Translations under genes and position numbers: made by a program
The notes under the pieces: model-generated
Databases searched by the model: none
The model's input: only the letters and a program-made list of their open reading frames with translations
What the model was told of the DNA's origin: nothing
Source of the DNA: an uncultured Gammaproteobacteria bacterium
GTDB taxonomy: Bacteria > Patescibacteriota > Microgenomatia > Levybacterales > UBA12049
DNA length: 64,000 nucleotides
Direction: 5' to 3'
Assembly: GCA_964512695.1 (NCBI GenBank)
Contig: CAZEJU010000001.1
Location: 7,803 to 71,802 of the forward strand
Shown here: in pieces, positions 10,720 through 18,423 of the stretch
Position numbering within the stretch: the first letter of the stretch is position 1
Layout of the letters: each line of letters begins with the position of its first letter

Positions 10720-10790
10720 GCTGGGAAGCCTGGATTCGAACCAGAATAAACGGATCCAAAGTCCGTTGTCCTACCATTAGACGACTTCCC
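10720..10790 (-). tRNA. tRNA-Gln (anticodon UUG)
   Basis: Hand-folded cloverleaf: UGGGAAG/CUUCCCA acceptor with U1-A72, discriminator G73, anticodon loop CUUUGGA, T-loop UUCGAAU. CCA is not encoded. Confidence 0.85.
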
Positions 10791-10798
10791 AGCACTGA

Positions 10799-11050
10799 CT
10801 ACGAATTTTCCCTTGTTAAGATACTATCCAAATACTTTCTTCCTTGTCCAGTTTTTAAGAACTTTTCTCTTTTGACAGCTTCGCTTCTTGTATAAAACTG
10901 CTCTTGATAAATTAACTTCCATGGTTTTCTTCCTTTTGTATATCTAACTTTACCAGCATTGTGTGCAGCTAAGCGTATAGTTACATTTTCTGCACTTCCT
11001 ACATACCGCGTTCCATAGGTTATACTTTTCGGTACATATGCATACAACAT
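10799..11050 (-). CDS. Small GIY-YIG nuclease-family protein
   Basis: MLYAYVPKS..TRYVGSAENVTIRLAAHNAG..PWKLIYQEQFYTRSEAVKREKFLKTGQGRKYL matches the GIY..YVG..R..H..E pattern. The ORF-track N-terminal extension runs through tRNA-derived DNA, so I trimmed it. Confidence 0.7.
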   Translation of the reverse strand: MLYAYVPKSITYGTRYVGSAENVTIRLAAHNAGKVRYTKGRKPWKLIYQEQFYTRSEAVKREKFLKTGQGRKYLDSILTRENS

Positions 11051-11090
11051 AGTATGATTCTCCGCCGAAGGCGGATGCGCCTCTGGCGCA

Positions 11091-11175
11091 GAACCAGAAT
11101 AAACGGATCCAAAGTCCGTTGTCTCAGCCGGAGGCTGATCTGCCTCTGGCATGACTACCATTAGACGACTTCCCA
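11091..11175 (-). pseudogene. Disrupted second copy of tRNA-Gln
   Basis: Identical to nt 1-20 and 22-57 of the intact tRNA-Gln at 10720..10790. A 32-nt GC-rich insert (11124..11155) sits in the D-loop, and the copy is truncated in the T-loop. Confidence 0.75.
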
Positions 11176-11367
11176 ACGCAAACTCCAAGTTTATATTTTA
11201 AATACCATATCTAAATACTTCTTATATACCCATGAGTTTAAAGCCTTTCTCTCTTAGCGCTTTGCTTCTCATTTCTTCATTGTTCTTTATAAAGCAACAA
11301 CCATTCGATAACTTCAAATGAAAGTTAAAATTAACGCTCTGTTATTATAGCATTGAAAACCGTATAT

Positions 11368-12504
11368 CTAAAGGGTAGGGGAGCTAGCTTCAAAATATTT
11401 CTTCGCAGCGATAGTCCATAACTGAGGAGCATTGCCTTTCTTATGGACTTTAAATTCATCTACATGAAGTAACTCCGGAAAATCATGCAAGTAAGGAATA
11501 ATTCGTTCACAAACCTCCATTACATGCGGTAAATTAAACTTTTTCGCTCCAAGGTGAATAAATGCTTGTTCGAATGGCCAGACAGTATTCGTATGGTATC
11601 CATAATGGTGAGCTATATCATGTTGGAGAGAAATATCATGAGTACTTAATGTAAGATAACCTCGTTTCGTTTCTAAACTTTTAGTAGCTTCAACTATCTT
11701 TCTTACTTTTTCGGTTTTTATCTGATCAGGTTCAAGATAATATAAAATATGTAAGTTATCAGATGAAACACCGGGGAAAAAACCTTTTTGGTCCAGGCCT
11801 ATATGGAAAACTCCACGTTTATCATCAAAAAGAATAAATAAATGCTTATTCATCTCTTCAGCTTTCTTTTCTAAATCTTTCGCACCAAGAAGCCGAGCCG
11901 CACTTCGTAATGCTTTCATATTTTGGACATGTGCAAGTGTAAAAACTGCTGGATATGCTGGTATACCATGCTCGCGGTTGGAGATGTGCGAATCTTTCCA
12001 ATATGTAACCTTTAAAGCGTACCGTTTGGCATCGGCATATTTCGGATCTTCTACGAAAAGGTAATTAACCAGATGATGAAGGATATATGTTACTGCTTTT
12101 TCTAAATAATGGTGTTGTTTTTTAATGAAATAATCATCACCAGTCATATTAAGATATTCGTCATGACCAATAAGAAATAGTGCTGTCGTATCACATGCAT
12201 TATAATCAGTAGAATAGCCTTCTGTTAAAAATGGAGGCATTTCATGAAATATTTTTCCTGGCTCTTCACCTGTCTTTGAATCTTTTTTTGTTCCCTGCAA
12301 AAAGGAACAGTAAATTAATTGATCTCTCAGCATCTTCGCATCCCGCATCAAAATTGCAGAGAGAATTCCGTCCCTTGTAAAATTAGCTGGATAGCTGGGT
12401 AATCCTGCGCTATAGAGTGTTATATGGTTCAACTGGATTACTAATGAGTCAAGCGCTTCTTGAACAGTCATATGATGCTCGTGAAGAGGAGAGTGCTTAT
12501 ACAT
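11368..12504 (-). CDS. Glycogen-debranching-enzyme-like (six-hairpin) glycosidase
   Basis: Segments such as STDYNACDTTALFLIGHDEYL and TYWKDS resemble the amylo-alpha-1,6-glucosidase (GDE_C) family. Recalled similarity only. Confidence 0.35.
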   Translation of the reverse strand: MYKHSPLHEHHMTVQEALDSLVIQLNHITLYSAGLPSYPANFTRDGILSAILMRDAKMLRDQLIYCSFLQGTKKDSKTGEEPGKIFHEMPPFLTEGYSTDYNACDTTALFLIGHDEYLNMTGDDYFIKKQHHYLEKAVTYILHHLVNYLFVEDPKYADAKRYALKVTYWKDSHISNREHGIPAYPAVFTLAHVQNMKALRSAARLLGAKDLEKKAEEMNKHLFILFDDKRGVFHIGLDQKGFFPGVSSDNLHILYYLEPDQIKTEKVRKIVEATKSLETKRGYLTLSTHDISLQHDIAHHYGYHTNTVWPFEQAFIHLGAKKFNLPHVMEVCERIIPYLHDFPELLHVDEFKVHKKGNAPQLWTIAAKKYFEASSPTL

Positions 12505-12599
12505 AGTTCAATTGTATAGAAATGCAAGGAAGAAAAAAAGTAAGGTATTATACAACGAAGTAATGAAGCACAAGTTTTAGCAAGAACTATCTCTGGAGG

Positions 12600-12694
12600 A
12601 CTTTTGAGCGGGAGACGGGTAGTCCGATTAACATCGGACTCTCTTCTTTGAGCGGGAGACGGATAGTCCGATTAACATCGGACCCTCTTCTTTG
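12600..12694. repeat. Two 45-bp tandem copies of the tRNA-Gly 3' end
   Basis: TTTGAGCGGGAGACGG(G/A)TAGTCCGATTAACATCGGAC(T/C)CTCTTC occurs twice. GAGCGGGAGACGG is the complement of the tRNA-Gly 3' acceptor/T-stem, and a GTCCGAT..ATCGGAC hairpin replaces the T-arm. Confidence 0.85.
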
Positions 12695-12766
12695 AGCGGG
12701 AGACGGGTATCGCACCCGCGACCTCTTCCTTGGCAAGGAAGCATTCTACTGCTGAACTACTCCCGC
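12695..12766 (-). tRNA. tRNA-Gly (anticodon GCC)
   Basis: Hand-folded: GCGGGAG/CUCCCGC acceptor, discriminator U73, anticodon loop UUGCCAA. The T-loop is unusual (UGCGAUA, G at position 55). Confidence 0.75.
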
Positions 12767-12846
12767 AGTATCTCGCATTATAGCAAATTGACCTATAAAT
12801 AAAAAACCCCTTTACAAAATCATAAAATTTATCTTATCCTAAATAT

Positions 12847-13614
12847 GTGAAGAAAAAAATCAAGAGAAAAGTAGCCTCTAAAAAGAAACGAACTCCTATA
12901 GTACTTACCCGTACCCGATATATATTTATCGGGTTTGCAAGTGTCTGTCTTTTTCTTTTTAGCTTCTTACTGCTTAACCCAAAAACTGAAGAAAAGCATA
13001 GAGAATGCGCAAACTCCCTAAGCTGCGTAGATAATTTATCAGGTATCTACGAAGAAGACACGGTAGGTGTCTTCGCAGGGAGAAAAGTTAAAAGTCCACC
13101 AATAGCATCTCGACCATATATAAGAAACTTGTCTCAAAATATTACCCAGGCTAGTGTTCTCGGTGAAAATACTGATAGTAAACATATCTATGTGGATTTG
13201 ACTAATCAAAAGCTCTATGCCTTTGAGAATAATAGTCTCGTTTATGAATTCAAAGTATCCACAGGTAAACCATGGACACCTACCCCAACTGGTGATTTCC
13301 GCGTATGGATTAAATTGAAATATACCCGCATGAGAGGCGGAAGTGGTAGTGGATACTACGATTTACCAAATGTTCCCTATACTATGTTCTTTTATAACGA
13401 TAAAGTTGCTAAATCACGAGGATATGGGATTCATGGAGCGTATTGGCACGAGAATTTTGGATTTCCAATGAGTCACGGTTGCATTAATTTAGATGAACCG
13501 GATGCAGAGAAACTATATACTTGGGCTACACCCGTATCAGAAAAAAATACAGTGAATGCAACTGCAGAAAATCCTGGAACGCTCATTACTATCTATGGAG
13601 AAACACCAAAGTAA
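12847..13614 (+). CDS. L,D-transpeptidase (YkuD domain), membrane anchored
   Basis: GIHGAYWHENFGFPMSHGCINL contains the YkuD HxxxxxxxxxxxxSHGC active-site motif. N-terminal TM helix and GTG start. Confidence 0.8.
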   Translation: MKKKIKRKVASKKKRTPIVLTRTRYIFIGFASVCLFLFSFLLLNPKTEEKHRECANSLSCVDNLSGIYEEDTVGVFAGRKVKSPPIASRPYIRNLSQNITQASVLGENTDSKHIYVDLTNQKLYAFENNSLVYEFKVSTGKPWTPTPTGDFRVWIKLKYTRMRGGSGSGYYDLPNVPYTMFFYNDKVAKSRGYGIHGAYWHENFGFPMSHGCINLDEPDAEKLYTWATPVSEKNTVNATAENPGTLITIYGETPK

Positions 13615-13618
13615 AGAA

Positions 13619-13646
13619 TTTTCCATTTTCCACTTACCATTTGCCA
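13619..13646. repeat. Left heptamer array (TTTTCCA-type) of an inverted-repeat pair
   Basis: TTTTCCA TTTTCCA CTTACCA TTTGCCA is complementary to the TGGAAAA array at 14058..14085. Confidence 0.8.
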
Positions 13647-13682
13647 TTGATTTTTTAGTATAAAATTTATAGATTGGACATA

Positions 13683-14057
13683 ATGACATCTGATGAATTG
13701 TATAACCGGCTCCTTAATTTCGGTAGAGGTTGTCAAAAACATGTAAAAATGTTACCTAAAACAATTTATAACCTTGAATATGGAAGCCAACTTATTCGTT
13801 CTTCAGCATCAACCGATTCCAACTACATAGAAGCATTAGAAGCAGCTGGTTCGAAAGATTTTTGCTATAGGTTAAAAATCTGCAGAAAAGAGACAAGAGA
13901 ATCTAAGCATTGGTTGTATCTTCTTCTTAGTTCCAATCAAGAAATACAACATATTAATAATAATACTAAAGAACTATTATTAGAAGCATCAGAGCTAATT
14001 AGAATATTTACATCATCCATATTAACTTCTGAAAAAAATCAAAAAATGATTAAATAA
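13683..14057 (+). CDS. Four-helix-bundle protein (23S rRNA intervening-sequence protein family)
   Basis: ..LPKTIYNLEYGSQLIRSSASTDSNYIEALEAAGSKDFCYRLKICRKETRESKHWLYLL.. matches the family signature (QLxRSxxSixxNiaEg..). Flanked by inverted repeats. Confidence 0.7.
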   Translation: MTSDELYNRLLNFGRGCQKHVKMLPKTIYNLEYGSQLIRSSASTDSNYIEALEAAGSKDFCYRLKICRKETRESKHWLYLLLSSNQEIQHINNNTKELLLEASELIRIFTSSILTSEKNQKMIK

Positions 14058-14085
14058 TGGAAAATGATACTTGGAAAATGGAAAA
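14058..14085. repeat. Right heptamer array (TGGAAAA-type) of the inverted-repeat pair
   Basis: TGGAAAA TGATACT TGGAAAA TGGAAAA. Nearly identical to 46162..46189. Confidence 0.8.
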
Positions 14086-14088
14086 TAA

Positions 14089-14874
14089 TTAGTGACAATA
14101 CCCCTTTTCACAAGCTGCTAATAATGTTCCTGTCGTATTGCCTCCATAATACCGTAAACCTTGTTCGACTCCACCATGTTTAGCAAGATAGTTTGCTGCA
14201 CCGTGGATGGCATCTACAGCATTATTAATATCAGCAATCCCGTCTCCATTTCCATCAACACCATAGGCATTCCATGTACCAGGCATAAATTGCAGAGGAC
14301 CTTGCGCGCCAGATCCTTGGGCATTATAAATAGCTCCATCACGTAAACCTGTTTCAGTTAAATGAAGGCCATAGAGAATTTGCCAAGGTACACCATATTT
14401 TTCCCCTGCTTGCTTATAAATTTCGTCATAGTTAGTTGGCTCACCCTGGGTAGGGAGAATAGGGGAGGGACTTGGGAGAGTCTCCACTTGCGTAATTTGT
14501 GCTGAAAAATTTGTTTTATCTTCTTTATTTGATGCTTTTATAGAATTTTTAAGCAAACTTGCTAGTTTATCTGCCGGTATTTTGGCAACCAGGAGTGGTT
14601 TTTGTAAGGTAATGATTATTTTACTTCCTTCTGGCAAAACATTTGGATTGTTTATTTGAGGGTTATCTAACCAAATGTTCGTCCAGTAATCTTTACTCCC
14701 ATAATACTGTTGGGCCAAATCAGTTATAGTTTGTTGGGAAGAAACAACAAACTCTACCTCTGTAGGATAAAAAATAACAGGATAGGTAAAAGCGTAATAG
14801 TTAGGCTGTGAAAATAACGAGAATATAAAATATCCAAGGGCAGCGAGGGTATTTCCTAATACACCTTGCGTCAT
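14089..14874 (-). CDS. LysM-domain lytic transglycosylase (SLT-like)
   Basis: LysM-like TITDLAQQYYGSKDYWTNIWLDNP..LPEGSKIII, and a C-terminal ..GPLQFMPGTWNAYGVDGNGDGIADINNAVDAIHGAANYL transglycosylase motif. Confidence 0.75.
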   Translation of the reverse strand: MTQGVLGNTLAALGYFIFSLFSQPNYYAFTYPVIFYPTEVEFVVSSQQTITDLAQQYYGSKDYWTNIWLDNPQINNPNVLPEGSKIIITLQKPLLVAKIPADKLASLLKNSIKASNKEDKTNFSAQITQVETLPSPSPILPTQGEPTNYDEIYKQAGEKYGVPWQILYGLHLTETGLRDGAIYNAQGSGAQGPLQFMPGTWNAYGVDGNGDGIADINNAVDAIHGAANYLAKHGGVEQGLRYYGGNTTGTLLAACEKGYCH

Positions 14875-15005
14875 AATTGGGGAAATTCAACTATAGTGAA
14901 TTTCTATCGTGGAATTTTAACAATGTTCTTCTATCCTGTCAATAAAACTAATGACATATTACGTGTTTCTTACCCTAATCCATGATGTATGACAAGAGAA
15001 CTAAG

Positions 15006-15078
15006 TGCCGAGGATGTGAGTTGAACACATATCTGATGTTCTTCAGACACCCGCCGTGACCACCTTGGCTACCTCGGC
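15006..15078 (-). tRNA. tRNA-Phe (anticodon GAA)
   Basis: Hand-folded: GCCGAGG/CCUCGGC acceptor, A73, anticodon loop CUGAAGA, T-arm AUGUG-UUCAACU-CACAU, large D-loop. Confidence 0.7.
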
Positions 15079-15219
15079 TAATCGAACGAAACTATTGAAA
15101 CTAAGCTGTAACTGCTCTTAACTTATCCTGTATCATATTATAGCAAACGCTAAACGCATAGTGTAGATTGAAATTAGCAAGATGTGGTAAGGAGATTTTA
15201 TGAATGATATACTTGAGTA

Positions 15220-16203
15220 ATGGAATTGAAGCGCTACGCAGGCAATCCAATCCTCACCAAAAATCCGAAAAATCATTGGGAAGCAGGATCAGTACTTAAC
15301 CCGAACGTTCTTTACGATAATGGACTGTTCCGAATGGTTTACAGGGCTACAAATGACATTAAAACCGATGAGGATGGAGGGTATGTTTCGTCCATTGGTT
15401 ATGCAGAAAGTATTGATGGAATCCACTTTACTCGCTTCCCTCAGCCTCTTTTAGCACCTGATAAAGAGTATGAACTTAACGGGGGATGCGAAGATGCACG
15501 CGTGACAAAAATTGGGGATACGTATTTTCTCTATTATACCGCTTGCCACGTCGATAACGGAAAATGGAAAGTAAGAATAGCTTTAGCGACTAGTAAAGAT
15601 TTTAAGAACTGGAAAAAGCATGGGATTGTTGGCCCGCAGCACACAAAGTCAAAAGCGGCATGTCTTTTTCCTGAAAAAATAAACGGTAAATACACAATGC
15701 TTTATACATGGAAATCCGACAGTCCACTTTCCTCAATTATGCTTGCGCAATTTGAGACTTTGCAAGAAGTAATAAAACCTCCAAAAGGATTTATGGCAGA
15801 CAATATTGACCATTATCAAGATAATGTTGTATTTGAACCTCCGAAACCAGTATATCGTGGGGCAGAGGTCGGAGCTGTACCAATAAAAACAAAGGATGGT
15901 TGGCTCTTTATTTATTGCAATGCCAATGTATCCAATCATCCAGAATGGACTATTAATGCAGCGCTTCTTGACGTACATGACCCACGAAAGATATTGGCAG
16001 AAACAGAAAAGCCTCTTCTCAGACCCGAAACAGAGACAGAATTGAAAGGTGTGGTAAATAATGTCACATTTCCTGAAGGTGCAGCAGTTGTTGGTGATGA
16101 GTTATATGTTTACTATGGAAGTGGAGATCAGGGATGCTGTCTTGCGACCTGTAGTTTCAGCGAACTCATGAAGTATCTTACCTCGCGGATTCCTCGAAAA
16201 TAA
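15220..16203 (+). CDS. GH130-family glycoside phosphorylase/hydrolase (DUF377)
   Basis: NPILT..WE.GSVLNPNVLYDNGLFRMVYRA.. and the overall five-bladed propeller pattern typical of GH130. Confidence 0.65.
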   Translation: MELKRYAGNPILTKNPKNHWEAGSVLNPNVLYDNGLFRMVYRATNDIKTDEDGGYVSSIGYAESIDGIHFTRFPQPLLAPDKEYELNGGCEDARVTKIGDTYFLYYTACHVDNGKWKVRIALATSKDFKNWKKHGIVGPQHTKSKAACLFPEKINGKYTMLYTWKSDSPLSSIMLAQFETLQEVIKPPKGFMADNIDHYQDNVVFEPPKPVYRGAEVGAVPIKTKDGWLFIYCNANVSNHPEWTINAALLDVHDPRKILAETEKPLLRPETETELKGVVNNVTFPEGAAVVGDELYVYYGSGDQGCCLATCSFSELMKYLTSRIPRK

Positions 16204-16407
16204 ATTTATGTGGTTACCGTTATCGCTCACTACAGCCGTTGTTCTCTCTACGTATTTCTTTCTTAATAAACAACAAATAAAAACTGTTTCAATCTACACC
16301 AGCTTCAGCAAAGAAAAAAGTCTGTTTACAATTATGCCTACAATAATGATTACAATTATGTGAATTGGAGAAAACTATGTGGGTAGCACGAACAAGTATG
16401 GTTATTG

Positions 16408-16481
16408 TGGACGATTAGGGACTTGAACCCCAGACCTCTTCAGTGTAAATGAAGCGCTCTAGCCAGCTGAGCTAATCGTCC
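16408..16481 (-). tRNA. tRNA-Val (anticodon UAC)
   Basis: GGACGAU/AUCGUCC acceptor, GCUCAGCUGGCUAGAGC D-arm, anticodon loop UUUACAC, T-loop UUCAAGU. Confidence 0.85.
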
Positions 16482-16485
16482 AGTG

Positions 16486-16569
16486 TGCGGATGAGAGGAC
16501 TCGAACCTCCACGCTTTTTACGGCACTACCACCTCAAGGTAGCGTGTATACCAATTTCACCACATCCGC
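16486..16569 (-). tRNA. tRNA-Leu (anticodon GAG), type II
   Basis: GCGGAUG/CAUCCGC acceptor, anticodon loop UUGAGGU, long variable arm GCCGUAAAAAGCGU. Confidence 0.8.
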
Positions 16570-16575
16570 GTAAAA

Positions 16576-16666
16576 GCAAATAGCCTATGGCTAATAGCTT
16601 ATGGTTTGAAAATTATACCAAAATCTTCTTCCGCAAGCTATTAGCTATATATCCTTAGCCATTTGC
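16576..16666. repeat. Heptamer-periodic inverted repeat in the tRNA-Leu/tRNA-Leu spacer
   Basis: GCAAATA GCCTATG GCTAATA GCTT (16576..16600) is the imperfect reverse complement of AAGCTAT TAGCTAT ATATCCT TAGCCAT TTGC (16635..16666). Confidence 0.65.
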
Positions 16667-16674
16667 TATTTTTG

Positions 16675-16756
16675 TGCCCTGAGGGAGACTCGAACTCCCA
16701 CGGCTTTCGCCACTACCTCCTGAAGATAGCGTGTATACCAATTTCACCATCAGGGC
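16675..16756 (-). tRNA. tRNA-Leu (anticodon CAG), type II
   Basis: GCCCUGA/UCAGGGC acceptor, anticodon loop UUCAGGA, variable arm GGCGAAAGCCGU. Confidence 0.8.
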
Positions 16757-16936
16757 AATTCTGGACTCATTCTAACAAATGGCTGTAGAGGAAACAACAG
16801 AAAGTATCATATGAAATTATAAACTAGTAAAAAATTCACAAAGAAGATATCGAAGCTTAATTTTTACAGAGTGCGTGTGATTACCTACAATAGCCATTCA
16901 ACTTGACATTCTCAACTGTATCTGTAAATATGAAGA

Positions 16937-17521
16937 TTGATGAGAAAGGTTATACTGCTCATAACGTTTTCAATAATCTCACCCTCGCTGTTGATCTTCA
17001 GCCTTTTATTCTATCTTTTTCTATCTTACCATGGAGATACAACAACGTACGCAAACGCCCGGAAGGCAGCTCTCACACGCACCTATGCAGCTTTACCTCG
17101 TAAAAACGCTATAACAACTGATTCTATTACTATCGAAGAGGGCAGAGTAGAAATAGTAAGGCAATTTTTAGCTAAATATAAATCTCCACTTGAGGAACAT
17201 GCAGCATTTATAGTAAAAATTGCTGATAAATACGGGTTAGATTTTAGGCTAATTCCCGCTATTTCCATGCAAGAATCAAATGCTTGCAAAAAAATTCCTA
17301 AAGATTCATATAACTGCTGGGGATTTGGCATATATGGAGGCAAAGTAACGAGGTTTACTGACTATCCTGAGGCTATTGAAATTGTTACAAAAACTTTAGC
17401 CACAAAATACAGAAAGAAGGGCCTAATAACCCCAGAAGAGATTATGACTATGTATACACCCTCAAGTCCGAATGGTAGTTGGGCAAAAGGCGTTTCGCAC
17501 TTCATGGAAGAACTCCAATAA
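16937..17521 (+). CDS. Secreted glucosaminidase-like peptidoglycan hydrolase (paralogue 1)
   Basis: N-terminal TM/signal. LIPAISMQESNACKK..NCWGFGIYGG resembles the glucosaminidase/FlgJ motif. Paralogous to 17737..18279. Confidence 0.4.
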   Translation: MMRKVILLITFSIISPSLLIFSLLFYLFLSYHGDTTTYANARKAALTRTYAALPRKNAITTDSITIEEGRVEIVRQFLAKYKSPLEEHAAFIVKIADKYGLDFRLIPAISMQESNACKKIPKDSYNCWGFGIYGGKVTRFTDYPEAIEIVTKTLATKYRKKGLITPEEIMTMYTPSSPNGSWAKGVSHFMEELQ

Positions 17522-17736
17522 CTTCTGTAGTCAATTTTTCAGCTATTTGCTTATTGCTTAGATACAGGCTAGCCAGATTGCAAGACTAACCACCTGATAT
17601 GCCTTAATCCTATAGCAAACTACTTGACAAACCTATAGTTTAGTGATACAATCCACATCATGTACCTCGGCTAAAACTCCAAACTTTTGGCTGGGGTATA
17701 TTTTTACCAATATTTTAAATACTATAAGATTAAATT

Positions 17737-18279
17737 ATGAAGATTTTTTTAACTTTATTATTCTTTATTTTTCTTTCTACAGTACCTGCTTATGCTGAGA
17801 CTACAGCAGGAGCTTCTGCTATGCTTGTTCCTCAAAATATACCTTTTAAACAGGCTGATAAGAGAATACAAGTACTCAAGTCATATTTTAAAAAATATAA
17901 TTCTCCTTTAGAAAATGACGCTTCAGTTTTCATCGAAGTTGCTGATAAATATGATATTGACTATAGGATTTTACCGGCTATCGCTGGAGTAGAATCTGGT
18001 TTTGGAAAATTCATTCCATATAACTCTTTTAATGGTTGGGGATGGGGTATTTATGGTGGTAAAGTAACATATTTCTCATCATGGGAAGAAGCGATTCAAA
18101 CCATCTCTAAAGAATTACGGGAACGATATATGGATAAATGGGGAGCAAAAAATGTCTATGATATTGGTAAATATTATGCTTCAGATCCAGCATGGGCATA
18201 TAAAGTAAATAGGTTTATGGAAGATATTGAGAACTTTGCGCAGGAAAAAGAAGACAAAGCTATTTCCATTTCTATCTAA
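17737..18279 (+). CDS. Secreted glucosaminidase-like peptidoglycan hydrolase (paralogue 2)
   Basis: Signal peptide (..VPAYAET). ILPAIAGVESGFGKF..NGWGWGIYGG is colinear with the upstream paralogue. Confidence 0.4.
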   Translation: MKIFLTLLFFIFLSTVPAYAETTAGASAMLVPQNIPFKQADKRIQVLKSYFKKYNSPLENDASVFIEVADKYDIDYRILPAIAGVESGFGKFIPYNSFNGWGWGIYGGKVTYFSSWEEAIQTISKELRERYMDKWGAKNVYDIGKYYASDPAWAYKVNRFMEDIENFAQEKEDKAISISI

Positions 18280-18309
18280 ATAGATTATAATTAGCTAAAC
18301 TGTCTATGC

Positions 18310-18392
18310 GCGGATGTGGTGGAATGGTAGACACGTAAGGTTTAGGACCTTATGGCCGCAAGGCTGTGGAGGTTCAAGTCCTCTCATCCGCA
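18310..18392 (+). tRNA. tRNA-Leu (anticodon UAG), type II
   Basis: GCGGAUG/CAUCCGC acceptor, anticodon loop UUUAGGA, variable arm GGCCGCAAGGCUGU. Confidence 0.85.
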
Positions 18393-18423
18393 CTCATACG
18401 CGCACTATATCGCATGCAATACT

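Noticed and set aside
11051-11188. N-terminal extension of the GIY-YIG ORF (MEFALGSRLMVVMPEADQPP...).
   Set aside because: It is translated through tRNA-Gln-derived sequence and the GC-rich mini-hairpins. The GIY-YIG domain starts at MLYAYV (ATG 11050).
12600-12694. Direct 45-bp repeats, considered as a CRISPR array.
   Set aside because: There are only two copies plus the tRNA end, no unique spacers (the repeats are contiguous), and the sequence derives from the tRNA-Gly 3' end. No CRISPR array or cas genes are seen anywhere in the window.
18352-18423. ORF-track N-terminal extension of the trigger-factor gene.
   Set aside because: It overlaps the 3' half of tRNA-Leu(UAG) (18310..18392). The conserved protein begins at the ATG at 18424.
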